NCBI GenBank assembly: GCA_973895155.1
Contig: OZ316895.1
Location: 5,397,181 to 5,461,180, forward strand
Length of the DNA stretch: 64,000 bases
From: Marsupella aquatica
Taxonomy: Eukaryota > Plantae > Marchantiophyta
Direction of reading: 5' to 3'
The position numbers were made by a program, and so were the translations under genes. The notes beneath the pieces are model-generated. The model was given only the letters and a program-made list of their open reading frames with translations, made no database searches and was not told the origin of the DNA. This document shows, piece after piece, positions 10,366 to 22,300 of the stretch. Each line of letters starts with the position of its first letter. Within the stretch, counting starts at the first letter, position 1.

Positions 10366-12232
10366 ATGGAAGACCTGCGTACCGCTGTGCTTAGATGTTT
10401 TGACATTTCCGTGCCAGATTGGAACCAACAATCTCCAAAGACTGTTGAAGACGTGTGGGGATTGATGAATGCTGATTGGGAGTACATTGGTGGAGGAAAA
10501 ATAAGTGACAAGAAATTTAGCAGTCACTGTCGTACATTATTGAAGCGAGAACGTCACAAGTTGCATACTTATTGGAGGAAGGTATGTGGTGCTGATCGTT
10601 CCAAACCTGGACCCTCATATTTGGATCCACAAAAGTGGGCAAGACTAGTGGATCATTTCACAAGTCCAGCATTGATTGCAAAGAGCGCTGTCATGAAGGC
10701 AAGGAGAGCAGAAGTGGTAAACATGGAGCATTTTGGCAGGGGAGGTGCTAATGCAGCAGCCAAACGATTGGTAAGAACATTCCATGATTTTACTGTTTGC
10801 TACAGTTGTCCACTAGAATCTCATATTCTGTTTGCTAGAATAGTCCATGATGTTAGCTTTCATTGACATTTATCTTGGATTGTATTTGATTGTCTCTTTC
10901 CAGAAGCGGCAAAGAGGGGCAAGTCCAGGTATAACAGAGGTGAAGGCCCCTATTCCTGTTTGTTCAGCTCCAAAGGTGGTTGTCAGCCCCTGTGTGGCAA
11001 GCGCCGAACAACCTGGTAGTTTTGTTGGGCTTGGATCCGCACCTGGATCAGCACATGGATCAGCAGTATGTAACCCTAAACCCATTCATGTCTGAATATC
11101 TAAGTTGTTGGACTATGGTAGTTTGTGCCCAGTACTATCAAATTGTTGGACTCTAGTTGTTTCCCAACAGACTCACAAAACTAACTTGTCTGTTTGTGAA
11201 TGCAGACTCCACTTTCAAGGGATACTGCTCCTGTTAATCCACAACGAATATGTAAAATAGAGCAGAGTTTGGAGAGTTTGACATCATTGATGACTAACTT
11301 CATTGTACAGCATCAACAACAATGGCAAATAAGCCAATCCAATGATGTACCTACATCATTGCCAAGTGGTAGTAAGGTTGCTATTGAACCAAAAGGCAGT
11401 AGCAGAAAACGGTCTTTGACTTTCTCTGGTGAGTGCCCTGGTAAGTACTTGATAACTTGGCCCATTTAGACTTGCACAAAATCCAATCTCTTGCACAGAA
11501 TATGGTCTCTTCTTACAGTTCAATTTTTCTAAGCAATGGTTGTTTTGGATTGTCATAGCTTCTTCAGGAGAGAATCCTGTATCACAGGGAGCAAAGACCA
11601 TTTCTTCAGGAGAGAATCATGATTTGCAAGGAACAAATGTTGACGTGATAACAATGAAAGAGCCATCTCTTGTACAAGAACAACGAGAAGACCCAATTAC
11701 TGTCCTGCAGGAGCAAGATGATGTTGAGAAAGAAACCACAGATGTAGTGGCTAAGGAACATGCAACACCACTGAAGAAATCAAAGAAGTCCAAGAAATCA
11801 AGTTTTGTTCCTGTCTCGCCTAGTGTACATCGTGTACCAGTAGTCTCTCCAAACCCAACGGCAAAGGTAATGAAATTGTATTATTTTTTTGCATAGTGAG
11901 TTTCAGTTGTGTTGTCTCTCTATCTGTTTTGTATCAGTAAATACTAATTGAAGTGTGGTTGACATTAACAGTTTATGCGAGGAGATGCTGTTGAGTTAAG
12001 AAGCATTGTGGACCGCTCTGTACTTGCATTGGCTCAAGTTACAGGGCTGCCAGGAGAAGATCGGTTTCATTGTGCCTCGTTTGAGAGTCCTTTTATTCGC
12101 GTAAGTGTGAAGGAAGTGTTTTGTCCTGAAGTGGCTTTGCCAATTCCAAATGCAGAGGAGAAGCAAATATGTTTAGGGGATGTGAAAGGGATGAATGCTT
12201 TATGGAATTCTAGATACCTTCGAAAGTATTAG
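10366..12232 (+). CDS. CACTA TnpA-like (Ptta/En/Spm) multi-exon gene; additional small upstream exons probable from ~9080; may be non-functional
   Basis: PSYLDPQKWARLVDHFTSPALIAKSAVMKARRAEVVNMEHFGRGG resembles the Transposase_24/Ptta motif. GT-AG junctions include donor 10771 and acceptors ~10902, ~11205 and ~11971. The last exon reads FIRVSVKEVFCPEVALPIP..ALW. Confidence 0.65.
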
Positions 12233-12599
12233 ATTGTAGATCAGGCCAGCTCTCTTGAAATTTGGTCTCAATTTTGTTGAAGTGTACATGAAAAGAACAT
12301 CTTCATCTATGATATTTGCAGAGTTATAGACTTCTGCGGAACAGTGAGGTGTTTTTTGTGTACTTGTCCACTAAAGGCAATATATAGTAAATATTTTTGT
12401 ATTTCATTCATATGATTCTGAAATGTAGCACAGTCTCTTGGTATGATGGCATGGTCATAGAGTTGACATTGTTGTTCAGAGGACCTTCTCAAATTGTTGC
12501 GAAAGCATTTTTGGATGTGAGTCTCTTGTTCTTCAGTCTCTTGTCCCTAAACCCTAAACCCAATGTGACAATCTAAATGATATCTTCTATGACGCCTTG

Positions 12600-13336
12600 G
12601 ATGTATTATCGAAATGACACCTTAAATGACACTTGCAATGGACTACCAAAATGACATTATAATTGGCTACCAAAATGACAATACAATTGACTACCCATAT
12701 GCTACACGTGTAATATTGTCTTTATCTATGTCTTTGTCATTTAGATAGTTACTCAAATATGTCTAAAATGACTCCATGTGTCAAATTAGCATTTGCCAAC
12801 GTTTGGTCAAATGGCTTGTCATTTCGGATATCCTAATGACTGCACGTGGCCCATTGTTTTTCATTGTTATTCTGTCATTTCTTATGTCATTTTATCACTT
12901 CGTATGTCCGAAATGACTTAAAAAATTCATTAACTTAAAGGGTCACAATCCACCACGTGGCGCACTCTCATTTGTTCTATATTTTACGTCATTTACAACT
13001 TGTCTTATATGACTCGTTAAATAGTCACATCGATGAGCATTTTGACGCCACGTGTTGTGATACTATTAGTTAATGTTGCGTCATTTAAGACGTCTCTAAA
13101 TGACTGACGGTCGTCTAACTAGTCATTTCGGATTTGTAGTCATTATGGACTTTCTGTCATTTATGCAACGCTTTAAATGACCAAAGTAGTTTTAGTCATT
13201 TGTCACGAATGACTGTGACTAAAATGTCCGTTAGTACTCGACCGGAAAGACTATTTTGGACCAGTCATTACTTGGTAAAAATGACTGGGTTTTTAGTCTT
13301 TGTTGCAGTCTTTTAGAACCCTATTTTGTACTAGTG
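12600..13336. repeat. CACTA subterminal repeat field plus terminal TAGTG
   Basis: More than 15 copies of AAATGAC / GTCATTT in both orientations. Confidence 0.85.
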
Positions 13337-13373
13337 TACACCGCCTATAAGTGAGTTCTGGAGGTTTTATTAT

Positions 13374-13943
13374 TTGAAGAAAGCAGAGGCTAGCTACATT
13401 TTTGATCTCAGAATGATTGGTACCTCTCGCGTGGAGTTGGCTCAGTTTGATGAGTACTGGACAGATTCAGTCTACTTCCGACCTATACTGGCCGTTATGT
13501 TTCTACAAGGTGATGTTGAAGTTGATGACCCGGATTTAATCCTGGCCTATTTGGGAAATATAGCTGCTTATGCTTTAGATTTCTTACTGATTTTTCTAAA
13601 ACAGAGCAACAAGTCTACTACCCCTGATCACTCATATATTCCCACTGGACCCAAGGTTATCCTTACTTCAACCACTTCTTATGAAGACAAGCAGCGAGTA
13701 TGGAACAACATCAGCACGCAGCAGCTAACAAACTACACTCGCTACTTCCGGGATGTGCAGTGGAAATTACGATCCTCCTACAACAAGATGCTGAGTACAG
13801 AGATGTTCTTACAATTCTACCCATCTGTCTACGCCAACTCGTGCAATTGTTTAGATGTCATAGGCATCTTAAGGGAAGCAATCAGAATCAACCAGTGCTT
13901 TTGGAGAAAAGGATGCCACTTATGTATTGGGGAAGACAGATGA
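13374..13943 (+). CDS. Orphan ORF fragment (189 aa) in the LTR-like segment
   Basis: Open frame with protein-like composition and no recognised motif. Possibly 5'-truncated by the CACTA insertion. Confidence 0.3.
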   Translation: MKKAEASYIFDLRMIGTSRVELAQFDEYWTDSVYFRPILAVMFLQGDVEVDDPDLILAYLGNIAAYALDFLLIFLKQSNKSTTPDHSYIPTGPKVILTSTTSYEDKQRVWNNISTQQLTNYTRYFRDVQWKLRSSYNKMLSTEMFLQFYPSVYANSCNCLDVIGILREAIRINQCFWRKGCHLCIGEDR

Positions 13944-14290
13944 GATGTCTACCTTACATCCGGGATCAACCTCACTGTGATGAAGTAAGGGAAGCTATTC
14001 GGACGCGCACTATTTGGAAAGTAGAAATTAGAGAACCAAAGGATATTCGACAACCAAAAGATTGAAGCAGACCTGCAATTTTGTTAAGTGTCAGAGGCAG
14101 TTTCAGTTACTGTACCCCGCTCGATTTTATTAGACATGTTTTAAGATTCCAAAACTCATCAAGTCTTTTTCAGTAGACAGCTTATACATAGGAAAACACA
14201 TTGGCAAAGTCTCAATCACTTTGGATTGTAGTTAGAAAGTTAGAAATACTTTAGTTTGCTGAGTTTAGGGTTATCGTTAAGTTCCGTGAC

Positions 14291-14364
14291 TACGACTTTA
14301 CGATCTTACGATCTTATGATCTTACGAACCTACGCTTTTACGAATTACGATCTTACGATACTAC
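14291..14364. repeat. Degenerate 8-bp tandem repeat (TTACGATC)n
   Basis: tacgactttacgatcttacgatcttatgatcttacgaacctacgcttttacgaattacgatcttacgatactacg. Confidence 0.8.
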
Positions 14365-15280
14365 GGTAAACTTAACTTAGTTAGTTTTAGACCTTTTCAT
14401 ACTTGGTTTTCATTTTTGACTTTTTGAGGGTTTTTGAAGGGTCATGACTCTTCAACCCCCAAGGGTTTTTCCTCGATGTTTTTCACTATAAGTACCTTCC
14501 ACTTCTAATAAACAGTAGTAAGTAAGTCAGACATGACTTGTCGCCCCTTGGTGTTGTCCTTGTGATTTTGGACTTTTTGAAGTTCAGAGCAGGCAATCCT
14601 AGGAGGGACTTACCTCCTTCTTGTATTTTGGAACCCAAATACTTGAAGTAAGACCTCAGTTATGAATCTCGTGAATTATAATGTCAGATTCCGCTTTGGT
14701 GACACATTGTAATCTCACAAGTTCTTAGAGTTAACCCATTGAGTTTAAGTTGTATTGGAAATGATGTTTTCACCTTCATGTTGCTTAGTACCATCTAAAT
14801 GCTGAAGTATTTATCCTTTTAGATCTTGACTAAGTATCACTTAGGAAGAAAGGTCAAGACATGTTGCCGGCATTTTAAAAGGATACTCTAGTATGCAGTT
14901 TAGATCTGAAAAGCTGTGTGGATTTGAATTCCCTTAAAGTCATTCCATTATTGCTTATGTCTAAGGAGTAACCTTGGTATATTCCAAACTCCCTTAAGCA
15001 TACTCTAAGAGATTTTTCCTTGTGTTTTGTTAATTGCAACCTTTTGATTAATTGATGGTTATATGATGTTGAGTTATCATCGAAAACTGCTCATCGCTGT
15101 AGAGCGATCTTCAAAGTACCTAATTAAAGTAGTCAAGATTGATTACTATGTGTGACACAATAGCTTAAAGCTTTATTTTTAGTTTATTACATCAAACCAA
15201 CCCAATCTTGTTCTTAACGGGAACGAATACCGAGTTTAGAGACGTAAAAGAGTTCTTTTGGTTCTCTATAGCAAACTACA

Positions 15281-16618
15281 TTTGCTCCTTGCAAGTTGAT
15301 GGAGTGCATGTGGGTATATGCTCAGCAAAAATTTAAAGAAAGGAAAGCAGTTGCGTTGGCGAGACAGGAAGTACTCACTATTCCAGCCCTGGTCAGGTAC
15401 AACAAGAATCTCAAGACGTTTGGTCAATGGTAGGTAATCTTCATGTTTGGTCTTGTGTATGCATTACTAGCTACGTGTTCTGTATATATTGTAACATCAA
15501 TGTCTTTTTAATAGCTTGCATGGTGTTGAATTAAAATACACTAGTATGAATGTATTCTTTATTTGAATAGTTTTGTAATTATATCCAAGGTTTCATATGC
15601 TAGGTGTTTGATGATGGTGCATCCATAGCCAAGGTTCAAACTACATCCCATTGAAGTGAGGATTATCTAGTGTCACTGTCACCAAAGAAATGTTGCACTT
15701 GTTGGGAGCTGCAAGAGATGGTGTGGCCATGTGAGCATATAATGGCTTGGGATGACCAGGAAGGCAGAAATTTTTCTGCTCATTTTCACAAATGTTGGCG
15801 GACTGCTTCAATTAGGGCTTTGTATGACAATGTTTTACCTAGCTTTATTGTATCAGACTTAATGCCAAGTCCAAATTGTGTTGCTCCTGTGGCTGCTATG
15901 AAAAGGGGCAGACATAGAATGGTCCGCATTGAACAGGGTCGTGGAGGGAGGCATCCACCTAGGGCTCTTGGAGAAGGCGAAGAATCAATGATTGACTCCC
16001 TTGGACAACTATTCTTGAGATATCCACTAGATGATGATCCAAACAGGGTGGAACCCTTTTCAACAACAAACACTATTGCTGGACTTCCAATTGTTCAAGT
16101 TCAATTGAGGGCAAAGAAAGCGGGGCCTAACACTGGGAAGTGCAGGTGCAGTAAGTGTGGGCAGGTTGGACATGACCGAAGATCTTGTGATAAAGTCCAT
16201 AGTGTGACGCCAACAGATCCGGCAATAGTAAGGATTCCAACATTAACAGTCTTCTTACAAGTATATATCATAACTTGTGGGCTTCATGCATGTGTGGTCT
16301 CATGCTAGGGACAAATTTTAAAGTTGCCTTCATATGCAGGTGGATAATGGTGATGCAGTCAATTTGGAGCACCCACCTGTGTCACCCTTTCCTTGGGAAG
16401 ACCAACTACTACAGACTGAATATAGTATTGAATCGACAGCACCAACAACAGGCACAGGACCAATCCAGAGCATTGTGCCTCAGCCCCTTCTCCCAAATAG
16501 TGAACAACAATTGCCACAAGCTTTCATTGATAGGTGCATGGAATTGGCCAATGAGGCTGCAATAGAGTGTCAGAGATTTGGGTCACAATATCATGTTGAT
16601 ATTACTGAACCTTACTAG
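15281..16618 (+). pseudogene. MuDR/MULE transposase C-terminal region (SWIM finger, CCHC knuckle)
   Basis: Exons 15281-15433, 15604-16260 and 16340-16618. CTCWELQEMVWPCEHIMA is the SWIM motif and CSKCGQVGHDRRSC the knuckle. Stops TAG at 15431 and TGA at 15652. Confidence 0.82.
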
Positions 16619-17121
16619 CTAGTTACTTTATTACTGAACTTTGGTTGTGCATCAAAATAGACTCTTGTCACTTTTTTCCACCATTATTCTCTGATGAATA
16701 CAACATATTTACGTTGTCTTCCCGTTTATCTTCCATCCTTGCACTCGAAGACAGCGACCATGTTGTCTTCTTAACTTCCTTCATTGATATTGAAGACATT
16801 GAACATAATGTCTTCAAATTTGAATCTACTTCCGCAATGATATTGGCGCGCGGGACCGTTGGTCGACATAGAGTGTTCCATGGAGAATGTGCGCGTTTGG
16901 CGAGCGGACTAAAGCGGAGTCTTTGAAGTCGTCCACGTGAGTGACAACAAAAGGAGGAGGTATTAGGAGACCAGTGTAGTAGAGGACGGACAGGACAACA
17001 CTGCAGCGCCAGAGAGAGGTCTGAGTAGATTGTGCAGCGCCCGAGAGCGCCAGAGAGAGCGAGAGTGCCAGGGACAGGAGAGCGACAACGACAGCGCCAA
17101 GGACAGGATTGCCATTTGGCA

Positions 17122-17853
17122 ATGGCAAAGTTCAATCAAGGCAGTGTTGGTTTTGTAGTTCAGTTGTTTTGGGCATTGGGGTTCGCCATATGGACCGTAT
17201 TTGCAGGTTTGAGTGCACTACTCTTCTTCCTCCATCGCATGTTGGAACGGATTTTGTGTTTGTCTTCAGTGTGGAATCGAGATGGGCTGCCTCCCCTTGC
17301 TCAAAGTATAGCGCCATCAAAATCAGAGGGTCACAATTCCCCTGTAGTGGCTGTTGTTGGGCCACCAAAACCTGTATCGGCTCGGCGCCAGGGTGCTAAT
17401 GCAGGTCCATCTTTGTCAACCTCACAAGCACAATTGGTTGACGTTGCGCAAACTCAGCCTGCCACAAGGGTGAAATTACAATCACAGACTTTCTCCTCTC
17501 GCTCTAAGTCAATTGCTCTTCCATACAATTGTGATCTAGGCTCTACCTCAAAGAAACAATGGTATGCCATTGCTAGGGGGCGCAGTCCTGGAATATATTG
17601 TACTTGGGAGGAGGCAGAATGTCAGGTGAGCAGATTCAGTGGAGCTAGTCACAAGTCTTTTAGGTCCCATTCTGAGGCAAAGCCATGGCTTCAACGACAA
17701 TTTTGTGCAATGGGTGCACAATGGAGGGCTCCTATCAAAGCAGATGGTCATAGAGTTAATGTTGAGTTGCTTGGAGTAGATGAGTTTGGGCATGAAGTAT
17801 TTAGGTGCACTTGTTGTGGGGAAGTATTTTGTAGCAATGAGCTCTTGACTTAG
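17122..17853 (+). CDS. 243-aa protein: N-terminal hydrophobic segment + RNase H1 N-terminal hybrid-binding (Cauli_VI/viroplasmin) domain + Cys-rich tail; no RNase H catalytic domain
   Basis: KQWYAIARGRSPGIYCTWEEAECQVSRFSGASHKSFRSHSEAKPWL matches the YxVxxGRxxGIYxxWxECxxQVxxFxGAxYKxF consensus. The ORF is uninterrupted and preceded by a CpG-rich leader. Confidence 0.8.
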   Translation: MAKFNQGSVGFVVQLFWALGFAIWTVFAGLSALLFFLHRMLERILCLSSVWNRDGLPPLAQSIAPSKSEGHNSPVVAVVGPPKPVSARRQGANAGPSLSTSQAQLVDVAQTQPATRVKLQSQTFSSRSKSIALPYNCDLGSTSKKQWYAIARGRSPGIYCTWEEAECQVSRFSGASHKSFRSHSEAKPWLQRQFCAMGAQWRAPIKADGHRVNVELLGVDEFGHEVFRCTCCGEVFCSNELLT

Positions 17854-18051
17854 TTTACAACACAGTGGTAACAAGTTCAAATAATAGCTCACAGGAAGTA
17901 GCAATTGCAATTTTGCTTCAGTTGCAGACATTGAAGTCTGCAACACAATGTCTGCAACAGCATCGTACTCCAACAATTTTGAGATGTTATACAAATTTTG
18001 AAACTGTTTTGCAGTTCTCACGTGCATCTTGTGTGAAACCACTAGTGTTGG

Positions 18052-19058
18052 CCATTTACGTACCCCCGCTCAAATGGCTTCTTGAAGTAGAATATCCTGT
18101 CGTTGGCAAAATGGCTAAGTGTGGTGCAAAGACAATGTGGAAAATGTCTTCCAAAACCCACAACATCCACCATTTACCCCTACTCAAATGGCTTCTTGAA
18201 GCAAAATATCCTATCGTTGGAAAAATGGCTAAGTGTGGTGCGAAGACAATATGGACAATGTCTTCCAAAACCCACAACATCCACCATTTACCCTTGCTCA
18301 AATGGCTTTTTGAAGCAAAATATCCTATCTTTGGAAAAATGGCTAAGTGTGGTACGAAGACAATGTGGACAATGTCTTCCAAAACCCACAACATCCACCA
18401 TTTACCCCTGCTCAAATGGCTTCTTGAAGCAAAATATCATGTCGTTGGAAAAATGGCTACGTGTGGTGCAAAGACAATGTGGACAATGTCTTCCAAAACC
18501 CACAACATCCACCATTTACCTCTACTCAAATGGCTTCTTGAAGCAAAATATGATGTCGTTGGAAAAATGGCTAAGTGTGGTGCAAAGACAATGTGGACAA
18601 TGTCTTCCAAAACCCACAACATCCACCATTTACCCTTGCTCAAATGGCTTCTTGAAGTAGAATATCCTGTCGTTGGAAAAATGGCTAAGTGTGGTGCGAA
18701 GACAATATGGACAATGTCTTCCAAAACCACAACATCCACCATTTACCTCTGCTCAAATGGCTTCTTGAAGCAAAATATCATGTCGTTGGAAAAATGGCTA
18801 AGTGTGGTACGAAGACAATGTGGACAAAACCCACAACATCCACCATTTACCTCTGCTCAAATGGCTTCTTGAAGCAAAATATCCTATCGTTGGAAAAATG
18901 GCTAAGTGTGGTACGAAGACAATGTGGACAATGTCTTCCAAAACCCACAACATCCACCATTTACCCCTGCTCAAATGGCTTCTTGAAGCAAAATATCATG
19001 TCGTTGGAAAAATGGCTAAGTGTGGTGCGAAGACAATGTGGACAATGTCTTCCAAAAC
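18052..19058. repeat. Tandem array of 9 x 114-bp units with internal palindromy
   Basis: The anchor CTCAAATGGCT occurs at 18069, 18183, 18297, 18411, 18525, 18639, 18752, 18856 and 18970 (114-bp spacing, with one 1-bp and one 10-bp deletion). Confidence 0.95.
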
Positions 19059-19326
19059 TGAAGGTGCAAACTGAAGGTAGTATCCAGCAAAATGAATAAC
19101 TTTTATACATCAGAACATAGTGAATGCAACTTGCTTTTTATTCATAAATGTTTCGAGTACAAGTTGCAAGTCAAGTTGTGACCTTGCAGTGTAGATGTAT
19201 CATGGGCCTCCTTGCCTTCCAATAAAGTTACATTGTATCTGAAGCTATCTCAAGCTACATTGCATCTAAAGACCATTGAAGCTACCACAAAAATGGCTTA
19301 GTACCACACAAGAAGGGCGTCCACGC

Positions 19327-22300
19327 TCAGTCAGCATATTGGGAAGGGTGCGGGAGTTGGTCAATAACCTCCCTGAATGTATCTTGTGAAGCAGTCATTT
19401 GGGAGTCATGCAAAAGTTGTGATGGCCCAAATGTGTCTACATTGTCACCATCACCTAGCGGGATTTCATGCAAGGGAGTTGGTCGAGTAGAAGGTGCTCC
19501 TCTTCCTCTCCCTTGGCCCTCCCCTCTACTTGTCGCGCTTTTACTTCGCTTTTGCTTGCCTCTCAGTGCTCTGTCTTCAACTTCTGATGTTGCTAAGTCA
19601 TCATCTTCGGGGTGAAAAAACACAACTTTTGTTTTGGGGTTGACTGCCAATAGAGGAACAACCTGCAATGCCTGGCTCATACCCTTGCTTGATTTAGAGG
19701 CCTCCTTCCTCTTCCTTGAGACAAGAACAGGTACTAAGGACAAAGCAGCTCCTCCTTGTGGTACCTACAACCCACAAAGACATTAGAATACATGGACAAA
19801 GAGGTATTCACATTCCACAATGAAGCAGAGGAATTTTGCTGCTGCACCCTTAGGCATACCTATGAGGACTTTGTAGCCGGTGCAGGGCCTGGTGTTGGCA
19901 CTGGTATAGGGGCTGGTGCTTCTGCTGGTCCAGGTGTTGGCACTGGTATAGGGGCTGGTGCTTCTGCTGGTCCTGGTGTAGGGGCATGTGCTAGTGGTGG
20001 TCTAGGGATATCGGCAGGTGCATGTGTTGGTGTTGTTACAGGGGCAGGGGCTGAGTGTTCATTTGTTGGGATAGGGGTTGGGGCAGGTGCAAGGGATTGC
20101 TCCACCAAATTTCCCTTTCCTTTTTGCCTTTTGCTTGCTTTTTCCCGTTGTTGCCCTTCCTACAATCCAAAGCAACATCAAAAGACATTGACAAAGAGGT
20201 ATTCACATTACTCAACAATTGGACGCCGCTGATGAGAAGGAATTCAATTATGTGGCCTAAGACACAAAGGCGTACCTTGGAGGGGTTGGTTGCTGGTACT
20301 GGGATTGCTAGTGCCACTGGTGCTGAGGACATTGCTGACACATCCCTTCCCCTTTGTCTTCCTCCCTACAATGAACAAAATTATTAATTGACATAGAAGA
20401 CAGTTAGGGTTGTGTATTCACTCCCTGGAAAGCAGTTTGATAAGGAAATTAGCCTGGTACATGAAGACATACCTGGGAGGGGTTGCTTGTTGGTGCTGGT
20501 GCTGGTGCTGGGGGCACAACTGATACACCCCTTCTACTTCCTCACTACAATGGAGAATATCATTAACTAACTTGAATACATCGAGGGTTGTGTATTTAAC
20601 CCCTGCAAAGTAATATGAATAGAAAGGAATGTGGCCTTGTACAGGAAGGCAACCAGGCTGATCTATATCAAATTTCTTTCCCGTGCACGGGCTAGAATGA
20701 AGAAATTGCAGTGCACGTAGAAGACAATTAGGGTGATGTATTCAAACTTCCAAGTAAGCGCTTTTGAGACTTACAATCTGTGGTGCGAGGGTTGGTGCTG
20801 GTGATTCCACTGCTACAACCCCTCCAGGAGCCCTTCCGCTTCGTCTCTAGAATGAAGACATTGCAGTGCACACCAAAGACAATGAGGCAGATGTATTCAG
20901 ACATTGCAAAGCATTGCAAACAAATGTTTTTACCAAAAATACAAAGGCACACCTGGGAGTGAAAAGACATTGGGGTTGAAGTATGAAGGCTAGATTGCAA
21001 TTGCACGACTTCCAAGTAAGCACTTCTGAGACTTACAATCCGTGGTGCGAGGGTTGGTGCTGGTGATTCCACTGCTACAACCCCTCCACTTGCCCTTTCG
21101 CTCCGTCTCTAGAATGAAGAAATGCAGTGCACGACGAATACAATGAGGCAGCTGTATTCAGACATTGCAAAGCATTGCAAACATATGTTTTTACAAAAAA
21201 CACAAAGGAAAACCTGGAAGGGGTTTGTTGACATTGGAGGGGATGGTGCTGCTTTTTGTACTGGGGATGGGGACTCCAGTGGTACACCCCTTCCCCTTCG
21301 TCTTTGTCCCTACAATATATGAAATGAATGCTTAAGTAGGGGAGTGAAAAGACATTGGGGTTTAAGTATTCAGACTAGATTGCAATTGAATGACTTCCAA
21401 GTTTGCACTTTAGAGACTTACAATCTGTGGTGCAGGGGCTGGTGGTGGTGGTGGTCGTGCTGCTGCTACTGGTACCGACTCTAATAGTACAATCTGTGGT
21501 GCAATGGCTGGTGGTGCAAGTGGTGGTAAGGACTCTGAGACTAATATACATGGTACAGGGGGTGGTGCTGTTGCTGCGACTGGCGCTATGAAGTCTGGGA
21601 GTAGAGTCTCTGGTGTAGGGGTTGGTGGTGCTACAAAGTCCAAGATAGTCTCCGATACTACTCCTTCCTGCAATGAACACAAGGAGCATCCGAATACAAT
21701 GAGGCTCATGTATTCACAATTTGCAAAGAAATTCCAAAAGTAATTGAAGCAAAGAAACAAAGACTGACCTGGAGGGGGTAGCCGTCCTCTCCCTCTCCAT
21801 AGGTGTAAAAAATATTTTGGAGGCTTGAAACCAAGTGACACTGTTGTGAAAAGTTGAGTCCTTGTTCATGGACATCCTGAATAGGATTGTCAATGGGATC
21901 CTGAACAGGATGGTCAATAGGATCATGAACAGGATGCTCAATAAGATGGTCTAAATCCTCAACATGAGAAGGATTATGATGATCATTGTCTTCATCATCC
22001 TGAACAGGATGGTCAATAGGATCCTAAATAGGATCATGAACAGGATGGTCAATAAGATGGTCTAAATCCTCAACATGAGAAGAATTCTGATGATCATTGT
22101 CTTCATCATCCTGAACATGAGAAGGAACCTCAATAGGATCTTGTACAAGAGGCGGGTCCTCAACTGAAGTATTGAGGACAGGTTCAGATACTGTGTTTGG
22201 CTCATCTGGCTGTTGATCAGCATCATTTAGCAACAGACCCCACTTCTCAGGCCCAGGCTCATAATCGCTATTGTCAGACGTGTCCTCCCACTCTTCATTT

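Larger units (their letters stand above)
8369..13336 (+). mobile_element. CACTA (En/Spm) transposon, 3' part
   Basis: Tnp2 C-terminal and TnpA-like coding segments, dense subterminal repeats, and the terminus ...TATTTTGTACTAGTG at 13336 (reverse complement CACTAGTACAAAATA). Confidence 0.85.
13337..15280 (+). mobile_element. Probable LTR or 3' end of an LTR retroelement inserted in the MULE transposase
   Basis: Ends ...GCAAACTACA at 15280, exactly where MULE coding sequence resumes. Contains a TATA-like CTATAAGTA (~14486), AATAAA (~14507) and a short tandem repeat. The left end and TSD are not visible. Confidence 0.45.

Noticed and set aside
12545-12561. Telomeric CCCTAAA repeats (also single copies at ~2091, ~8319 and ~37935)
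   Set aside because: Only 1-2 copies each; these are telo-box-like motifs, not an interstitial telomere.
18052-19058. CRISPR array, or a genuine repeat protein from ORFs 17865..18872 and 18103..18660
   Set aside because: There are no unique spacers and no cas genes, and the context is eukaryotic. The ORFs follow from a stop-free 114-bp unit and are broken by 1-bp and 10-bp deletions.
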